DNA of 64,000 bases from an uncultured Gammaproteobacteria bacterium (GTDB lineage: Bacteria; Patescibacteriota; Microgenomatia; Daviesbacterales; UBA10151). The notes beneath the pieces are model-generated. The model made no database searches, was not told the DNA's origin, and was given only the letters and a program-made list of their open reading frames with translations. The stretch is taken from the NCBI GenBank assembly GCA_964500725.1, contig CAZCNP010000002.1, forward strand, positions 197,347 through 261,346. Reading direction: 5' to 3'. This document shows positions 57,979-64,000 of this stretch, piece by piece (the stretch's first letter is position 1; every line of letters begins with the position of its first letter). Both the position numbers and the translations under genes were made by a program.

Positions 57979-58828
57979 TTGCTAGTGTTATCCAGGAATG
58001 GGTATTGTGTAGCAGGGAAGTGTTAATCTGATAGTTTGCAAATTTTAATTTACCTATCTTGTCTCCTTTTTTTAATTCCGGTTTTGCATGTTCTGGTAAA
58101 AGTGTTTCGGAAAGATTTATTTTTTCAGAAATAATAATTCCAACATTCCTCTTAGACAGCCTTTTTTTCCATAGCTTTTTTGATTTTCCAAAAGGAATTA
58201 ATGCATTTTCAAAAATAATGTATTTTTTGAAATTCCTCTTCATTAAGCTGCTGATTTCTTCATAAGAAAACCCGTGATCGTGAAGCATTTCGTTATTTGG
58301 AGTGGCAATTATTATTAGACCTTGCGGTTTAGTAATTCTTTTTAACTGCTTTATTGCTTCGTTTTCCATATTATATTCTTTGATGTGTTCTAAAACTTCA
58401 CTGGTAATTGATATATCGAACATACCGTCATTAAAATCTTTCATATTTGTTATTGACTGAACTGAAAAATTGGCATATTTGCCGAAATGATTTTTGGCAA
58501 ATTGAATTGTAGAGGAAGATGCATCTGCACCACATACTAATTTTGCTTGTGACTCTTTAAGAATCTGGCAGCCATAACCACTACCGCAACCAATGTCTGC
58601 TACAGATTTATTTTTAACAAATTGAGAGGCAAATAAATAAAACTTGCAATGGTTTTTAAAATTCTTTAGATCAGAAGAAGCGGCAGTTTTCTTTATTCCC
58701 CATCGGTTATAAATAATGCCGTTGGGATAAACTCGGACGTAATCTTCAAAATAATATTTTTTTGTCAGCTTGGCATATAGATGACCTGTCAGGCTGAGCA
58801 TTTGATGAATGCGGTCTTTTAAAGACAT
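57968..58828 (-). CDS. Class I SAM-dependent methyltransferase
   Basis: VADIGCGSGYG, FDISITSEVLEHI, IIATPN. Start is probably ATG 58828, 7 nt after TGcTAAACT; the track start 58885 overlaps the divergent gene. Confidence 0.85.
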   Translation of the reverse strand: MSLKDRIHQMLSLTGHLYAKLTKKYYFEDYVRVYPNGIIYNRWGIKKTAASSDLKNFKNHCKFYLFASQFVKNKSVADIGCGSGYGCQILKESQAKLVCGADASSSTIQFAKNHFGKYANFSVQSITNMKDFNDGMFDISITSEVLEHIKEYNMENEAIKQLKRITKPQGLIIIATPNNEMLHDHGFSYEEISSLMKRNFKKYIIFENALIPFGKSKKLWKKRLSKRNVGIIISEKINLSETLLPEHAKPELKKGDKIGKLKFANYQINTSLLHNTHSWITLAINS

Positions 58829-58876
58829 AACCATTAGTTTAGCAAAAATGCTACAATAATCGTAGGTTGAAGTTAT

Positions 58877-59563
58877 ATGTCTCAAATCTACGGAAAGATT
58901 GTTAACAAGGACGGTTTATCTTTTACTCATTTTAAACTAATTGAGTTGGTGGGGAGAGAAAAAGAAGTTCTGGAATTAGGAGCATCCACAGGGTATTTAA
59001 CTGAGAAGATGGGAATGAATAATTGCCAGGTAGATATTGTAGAGATAGACGAGGAAGACGTAAAAAAAGCTAAGAGATTTGCAAGAAGAGCGTATACAGG
59101 AACGCTGGACAATATTGAGACAATAAAAAAAATTGCCGGCCAATTTGACGTCATTGTTGCATCTAATATATTGGAACATTTAGTAAACCCAAACCTGACC
59201 TTGGAGATGATGAAAAATAAATTAAAAAAGGATGGTGAGATTCTGATTGCATTACCAAATATAGCATGTTGGGCTATAAGAAAAGACCTGTTTTTTAAAG
59301 GAAAATTTGATTATCATGATACCGGTATATTGGACAAAACTCATTTAAGATTTTTTACTTATAATACTGGGCAAAACTTAGTTTCACAAAGCGGCTTTAG
59401 GATAAAAAGTATTATTCCGACGGAAACTTCATATCCCCTTAAATTTAGGATTCTAAAGGTTGGTTTTTTGGGGACCCTTATCGATCGGTTCATTAGTAAT
59501 TTTTTAATAAAGTTGTATCCAAACCTTTTTGTTTCGCATTTGATAATAGTAGCGGCTCATTAG
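58877..59563 (+). CDS. Class I SAM-dependent methyltransferase (glycan-cluster type)
   Basis: VLELGASTGYL, FDVIVASNILEHL, ALPNIA, GILDKTHLRFFT. Confidence 0.88.
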   Translation: MSQIYGKIVNKDGLSFTHFKLIELVGREKEVLELGASTGYLTEKMGMNNCQVDIVEIDEEDVKKAKRFARRAYTGTLDNIETIKKIAGQFDVIVASNILEHLVNPNLTLEMMKNKLKKDGEILIALPNIACWAIRKDLFFKGKFDYHDTGILDKTHLRFFTYNTGQNLVSQSGFRIKSIIPTETSYPLKFRILKVGFLGTLIDRFISNFLIKLYPNLFVSHLIIVAAH

Positions 59564-59567
59564 GGAT

Positions 59568-60548
59568 ATGGATAAGACCGCAGTTTCAGTTATTATTCCA
59601 AATTGGAATGGGCAAGATTTATTAAAGGAGTGTTTGCAATCATTAACAAAACAAACCTTTAAGGGTTTTGAAATTATTTTGGTTGATAATGGTTCAACTG
59701 ATTTATCAGTTAAATTTGTTAGTAATAGTTTTCCACGAGTTAAGATAATTGCCTTAAATAAAAATTATGGATTTGCTAGGGCAATAAATGAGGGAGTACA
59801 AGTTTCAAAAGAAAAATATGTAATTTTTTTAAACAATGATACTTTGGTAGAAAAAGACTTTGTAAAAGAATTAATAAGTTGCGCTAATAAGCATCCGGAG
59901 GCAATTTCTGTAAATTCAAAACTTTTAAATTTTAATAAAAGAAAAACTATAGATGGGGTAGGAATACAAATCAATGAAGTGGGCCAGGCAAAATCTATTG
60001 GTTGGCAACAAACAGACTATGGACAGTTTGAAAGACCTGAATATATTTTTGGTGCAACAGGAGGAGCATCGCTTTTTAAAAGAAAAGATTTTATAAAACT
60101 TGGAGGGTTTGATGAGAATTATTTTATGTACTCTGAGGAAGTTGATCTTGCCTTTAGAGCGCAGTTTCTAGGATACAAATCAATATATTGTCCTAATGCA
60201 GTTGTTTACCACAAACACAAGGCAACAGCTAAAAAGTTTCCTCAAAAAATTGAATACTGGCAATTTAGGAATATGACACAGACTATTATTAAAGATTTTC
60301 CTGCTGCTATTTTATTAAAGAAATTTAGGTGGTTAAAAATAATTTTAGTTCATATAAATACTATTTTTTATCAATTAAAAAATGGATATTGGTGGGCGCC
60401 ATTTTTAGCTGATCTTTGGGTACTTTTTCATCTACCACAGCTTTTAAGCCAAAGAAGAAAAATTCAATCATCTAAAAAGGTAGATGATGAATATATAGAA
60501 AGTTTTCTGCAAGAAAAAAAGATTACTTTTTGGAAGTTACTGAAATAA
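59568..60548 (+). CDS. GT2 glycosyltransferase (WbbL-like)
   Basis: IIPNWNG, VDNGSTD, NYGFARAIN, FLNND, GGFDENYFMYSEEVDL. Confidence 0.92.
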   Translation: MDKTAVSVIIPNWNGQDLLKECLQSLTKQTFKGFEIILVDNGSTDLSVKFVSNSFPRVKIIALNKNYGFARAINEGVQVSKEKYVIFLNNDTLVEKDFVKELISCANKHPEAISVNSKLLNFNKRKTIDGVGIQINEVGQAKSIGWQQTDYGQFERPEYIFGATGGASLFKRKDFIKLGGFDENYFMYSEEVDLAFRAQFLGYKSIYCPNAVVYHKHKATAKKFPQKIEYWQFRNMTQTIIKDFPAAILLKKFRWLKIILVHINTIFYQLKNGYWWAPFLADLWVLFHLPQLLSQRRKIQSSKKVDDEYIESFLQEKKITFWKLLK

Positions 60549-61674
60549 GTAGCAGCCAAGAGAGTATTGTGGGATAAAATAAACTATTGGCAAAAATAGA
60601 ATGGACAAGTAAGCCTGCAACTGCAGCTTTTATTATTAAACTCTGATGTCCTGCAGTTTTTATCAAATTCCATAGGAAGAATAAATAAGCAGCCATCCCA
60701 GCTATTCCCGTAGTTGATAAAACAAAGAGTAGAGAAGAATCATTGCTAGATGAACCGTGGCTATTTAAAAATTGATTATCTCCCAAATTGTACTCTTTTA
60801 TACCATAACGGTAAGCATTAAATCCAACTCCTAGAATTGGGGACTTTGCAAGCATTGTAACACCTTGTTGCCAGGTGTTAAATCTAAAAGATGCTGATTG
60901 TGTTCTATTGATATTTCTCGGTTCGGCAATACTTTGAGAGTAGGCTTGAAACCCTAGCATGAGCCCTAAGAAAAGTAGCATTACTAAGAAGAAAATAATT
61001 TTGGATTTTCTAAACAAAGAAAAAGCTATTCCACTTATTAAAAACATGAAATAGCTAGATCTGGAAAAGGTAGTAAGTAGTGCTATGTAAACAGTTATAA
61101 AAAAAATAGTATTCCATTTTCTATCTTGAAAAAATACTTGAGCAAGTAATAGAAGAGTTAAACATAAAAAGGCTCCAGCAAAATTGGGATCCAGAAAAGT
61201 TGAAACAGTTCTAAAATAGTGAGGATCCCATCCGATGCGAGTGAGAAAATCCAGATTAGGAAAGAAGATAAGCTGTAGTATTCCTAATGCTGCAAAGGCA
61301 ACACCAGATATTATAAAAACTTTAGTTATTTTTTCCCTAAATTCCATATAAATATTAGAAGAAAATATCCATGCAAAAAGTACATATATAAATAGTCTAA
61401 TAGAGTAAGAGAAGCTGCTGAAATATTCGCTTGTTGTTAAATGAAGGGGAGTAAAGATTAATGAGATTATTCCTGTGATGATAAAAATTAGTCCTGAAAT
61501 GATAAGTAATGGTGGTTTCCTGAGTTGAAATTTACTTTTGATGAGTCCTCCCAGAGAGAGTAAAACTATAGTAATATCTAAAAAGGAAATTCCACCTGTC
61601 CCAAAGGGAAACTTAATTAATTGACCAGCTGTAATTGCCAGTGCTAGAATCAGGCTTAGAAAAACATTCATCAT
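60523..61674 (-). CDS. O-antigen ligase family membrane protein
   Basis: RTVSTFLDPNF, TFSRSS, SPILGVGFN, DSSLLFVL, LVHSIFANSL. Confidence 0.8.
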   Translation of the reverse strand: MMNVFLSLILALAITAGQLIKFPFGTGGISFLDITIVLLSLGGLIKSKFQLRKPPLLIISGLIFIITGIISLIFTPLHLTTSEYFSSFSYSIRLFIYVLFAWIFSSNIYMEFREKITKVFIISGVAFAALGILQLIFFPNLDFLTRIGWDPHYFRTVSTFLDPNFAGAFLCLTLLLLAQVFFQDRKWNTIFFITVYIALLTTFSRSSYFMFLISGIAFSLFRKSKIIFFLVMLLFLGLMLGFQAYSQSIAEPRNINRTQSASFRFNTWQQGVTMLAKSPILGVGFNAYRYGIKEYNLGDNQFLNSHGSSSNDSSLLFVLSTTGIAGMAAYLFFLWNLIKTAGHQSLIIKAAVAGLLVHSIFANSLFYPTILSWLLLISVTSKK

Positions 61675-61677
61675 CTT

Positions 61678-62736
61678 ATGAAATTATATTCTAATATCAC
61701 TTACTTTTTTTGTATATGGGCTTTGGCAATACTGGCAATTTTTTATTTTGGATTTTCAACTTTACCCCATACTAATTTATTTCCTAATGATTTCCTAAAA
61801 AGCCTAGCCAATTGGGATGGAGGGCATTTTTTGGGAATTGCTGATGGTTATGATAAATATTTCCAATATGCTTTTTTTCCCTTGTACCCTGTACTTATTA
61901 ATTTAGTTAGCAAATTAACTGGAAGTTTATTAACAGCTGGAATTTTAATTAGTACTATATCTACCTTGCTTGCTGCTAATTTTTTATATAAATTAGTGGT
62001 TTTAGAATTTGGTAAGCAGCATGCTCAAAAAGCAGTATTGGCAATGCTATTTTTTCCAATGTCTTTTTATTTGCTGACTGTTTATTCCGAAGCCCTATTT
62101 TTGTTTTTGGCAATAGCTACTTTTTATTTTGCAAGAAAAAGAAGATTACTGCTTGCAAGTATCACAGCAGCTTTGGCATCTGCTACCAGACTTGCTGGTT
62201 TGGGAGTAGTGTTAGGACTTTTTATTAATGTTTATTTGTCTGGAGGTTTAAACAGAAAGAATTGGTATATTTTACTTGCCCCATTAGGTTTCATTTTATA
62301 TAGTCTTTATTTATACCAAAATACTGGGGATTTATTTTATTTTGTCAGGGCTGAAAAGTATTGGCACAGACAGTTAGTATTTCCAGGATCAGCAATTTTT
62401 AGCAGTTTTGGGCAGTTGCTTACTCCAGGATTTATTGCTCAAAATTTTAGGGCTTTTTGGGATTTTGCTTTTACCATTTTTGGGGTGGGGTTGGTTTGGA
62501 GAGTAGCTAGAAAATTAAGTATTGATTATGCAGTTTTTAGTATTATTTCTTTGATGTTACCTCTTTTTTCCCCAACTTTGCTGGCAGTTCCAAGATATCT
62601 GCTTACCATATTTCCTATCTTTATAGTTATGTCACAAGTGAAAAATCAGTATGTAATATTTGCTTATTCAGTTTTGTCTTTACTGCTTTTGGCAGGGTTT
62701 GCTATTTTATTTATAACTGGTAATTGGGTCACTTAA
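61678..62736 (+). CDS. PIG-V/GT76-like mannosyltransferase (GT-C)
   Basis: ANWDGGHF, AFFPLYP, YSEALFL, TRLAG, VPRY; paralog of 11441-12565. Confidence 0.75.
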   Translation: MKLYSNITYFFCIWALAILAIFYFGFSTLPHTNLFPNDFLKSLANWDGGHFLGIADGYDKYFQYAFFPLYPVLINLVSKLTGSLLTAGILISTISTLLAANFLYKLVVLEFGKQHAQKAVLAMLFFPMSFYLLTVYSEALFLFLAIATFYFARKRRLLLASITAALASATRLAGLGVVLGLFINVYLSGGLNRKNWYILLAPLGFILYSLYLYQNTGDLFYFVRAEKYWHRQLVFPGSAIFSSFGQLLTPGFIAQNFRAFWDFAFTIFGVGLVWRVARKLSIDYAVFSIISLMLPLFSPTLLAVPRYLLTIFPIFIVMSQVKNQYVIFAYSVLSLLLLAGFAILFITGNWVT

Positions 62737-63503
62737 GGCTTAAAGGTAATTCTTCTTTGTAGTTCTGTAGAGTTGCCTGATGAGTCAACAGATTTTATAT
62801 CGAAAACATTATCACCATCATTTAATGGTTGCTCAGAGCTAAAGTTGCCATCTGATCCTACAATTACTTGAGAGCCATTTATATAAACTTTTGCTCCAAT
62901 TTCAGTATTCCCTGAAATTTTTACTTTTTTATCTCCACCTTCTATGGTTTTATTGGCAGAGCCAAGAACTTGTTCATTATCTTCTGGTTCAGATATAGTT
63001 AAAGCAGGTTTTTCATTATCATAGGTTATTTTTAAAGTTTTTGAAGGCAGACTTTCTTTATCATTTTCATCTACAGTTTTTCCATAGATATTATTAGTTC
63101 CCAGTGATAGGGATATATTCTCAAAAGCAAAACTGCCATCTTCATCAATTTCTACTAAATCTTTTTCAGCATCATCAAGGTAAAGTTTTACTTTAGAACC
63201 AGGGGTACCATAACCTCTAATATCTATCTGGGCTGTGCTGGTTGCTTCATAAGGAATACTTAAAACTGGAGGAGCAAGGGCAGCTGTTTGGGAGACAGGG
63301 GCAGCTGTTTTTTGAGTTGGGCTAACAACATTTTTTACAGTTCCCACACCACCAATAAAAAAAGGCAGGACCCAATTTAGGGTAGAGTAGGTCAAAGCTA
63401 TAACAATAATTATAGTAATAATAAAGTTTCGTTTGCTTTTTCTGGCTAGTCTGTGGGCTGTTCTTCTGGAGGTATAGCGATGCTGAGGGTGTCTATAACT
63501 CAT
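62733..63503 (-). CDS. Membrane-anchored protein with two Ig-like domains
   Basis: Basic N-terminus and TM helix, then repeated DGSFAF..ISLSLGTNNI / DGNFSS..PLNDGDNVF beta-sandwich pattern. Confidence 0.7.
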   Translation of the reverse strand: MSYRHPQHRYTSRRTAHRLARKSKRNFIITIIIVIALTYSTLNWVLPFFIGGVGTVKNVVSPTQKTAAPVSQTAALAPPVLSIPYEATSTAQIDIRGYGTPGSKVKLYLDDAEKDLVEIDEDGSFAFENISLSLGTNNIYGKTVDENDKESLPSKTLKITYDNEKPALTISEPEDNEQVLGSANKTIEGGDKKVKISGNTEIGAKVYINGSQVIVGSDGNFSSEQPLNDGDNVFDIKSVDSSGNSTELQRRITFKP

Positions 63504-63537
63504 ACCCCCTTAGTATATACCAAAATCTGGTAAAATA

Positions 63538-63625
63538 GTCGAAGTAAGTGACCTTACTTCGACGGGATAACAACATATAAATCCGCGTTCAGCGGATATC
63601 TTTAAATTATGGTTATCCCAGGAAG
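63538..63625 (+). other. Twin-hairpin element upstream of tRNA-Gly
   Basis: GTCGAAGTAAG-TGAC-CTTACTTCGAC (11 bp perfect) abutting GGGATAAC...GTTATCCC (8 bp, with inner ATCCGC/GCGGAT), then AGGAAG. Confidence 0.75.
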
Positions 63626-63628
63626 TTT

Positions 63629-63703
63629 GCGGTGGTAGTTCAGTGGTAGAATGTCTCCTTCCCAAGGAGAAGGTCGGGGGTTCGAGTCCCCTCCACCGCT
63701 CCA
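63629..63703 (+). tRNA. tRNA-Gly(CCC)
   Basis: GCGGTGG/CCACCGC acceptor, TCTCC-TTCCCAA-GGAGA anticodon arm, GGGGG-TTCGAGT-CCCCT T arm, U73, encoded CCA. Confidence 0.96.
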
Positions 63704-63780
63704 TAGGAATTTTATCGAACTAACAATTTTTAGCTTCAGAAAGTTAATAAAATTCACCAAAATATAATCCTATAACCTAA

Positions 63781-63800
63781 TACCCATACGGGAATCGAAC
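63781..63800 (-). mobile_element. tRNA 3'-end fragment, putative att site of an integrated element
   Basis: The minus strand reads GTTCGATTCCCGTATGGGTA (T loop, T stem 3' strand, acceptor 3' strand) with no matching 5' half nearby. Confidence 0.55.
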
Positions 63801-63814
63801 TAGCTACAAAGTTT

Positions 63815-63979
63815 CTATTTTTCTTCTTGCTCTGGCTCTTCAAAACCACCCATCCACTTTGGCCCATAACATTCTTGCATTACTGCACAAGCCAATAAAT
63901 AAACAACTTCCTGTATCTCTTTTAGTTCTTCTTCCGATGCTTTAGGATAATATTGCTTGATTATTTCCAAAGGTAACAT
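63815..63979 (-). CDS. Small hypothetical protein (54 aa)
   Basis: Below the track cutoff. MLPLEIIKQYYPKASEEELKEIQEVVYLLACAVMQECYGPKWMGGFEEPEQEEK, preceded by a strong SD (AAGGAGGTGA). Confidence 0.65.
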   Translation of the reverse strand: MLPLEIIKQYYPKASEEELKEIQEVVYLLACAVMQECYGPKWMGGFEEPEQEEK

Positions 63980-64000
63980 AGCAAATATTCACCTCCTTTA

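Noticed and set aside
58829-58885. N-terminal extension of the minus-strand methyltransferase to 58885
   Set aside because: It would overlap the divergent gene start, and an extended -10 points to ATG 58828.
63510-63704. 64-aa minus-strand ORF (MERWRGLEPPTFSLGRRHSTTELPP...)
   Set aside because: Typical antisense translation of tRNA-Gly.
1-64000. Alternative genetic code (UGA=Gly, as in Gracilibacteria/Absconditabacteria)
   Set aside because: TGA terminates intact genes (for example rsmH at 37002 and several ATGA overlaps), and conserved genes are full length under code 11.

Overview
An AT-rich bacterial chromosome segment using standard code 11, with features typical of Patescibacteria/CPR (Microgenomates-like; the taxonomy is inferred). 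It has four parts. (i) 1-32.6 kb is a surface-glycan region: DegT aminotransferase, GT2/GT4 enzymes, nine GT-C-fold membrane glycosyltransferases (a tenth lies in part iv), O-antigen-ligase-like, acetyltransferase, priming sugar transferase and DUF4012. (ii) recO-glyQS is followed by a dcw cluster: mraZ rsmH ftsL ftsI murE murB(short) murA murF mraY ftsW murG ftsQ ftsA ftsZ. (iii) ileS rodA rplU rpmA parB lepB. (iv) A tRNA locus, a second small glycan cluster, tRNA-Gly(CCC) and the probable edge of a tRNA-integrated island. The most striking signals are non-coding. A complete tRNA-Val(CAC) sits inside the anticodon loop of a second tRNA (56535-56722). That outer tRNA has a twin-hairpin insertion in its D-loop, and the same twin-hairpin architecture recurs just upstream of tRNA-Gly. 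Three copies of a covarying, modular structured element sit behind stop codons in and around the dcw cluster. Protein-level oddities include IleRS GVHH/PMHKS motifs, MurA Cys115Asp, a truncated MurB and an in-frame palindrome in FtsQ. Many genes appear to be leaderless. All calls are by eye from the sequence and the ORF track; no searches were run.
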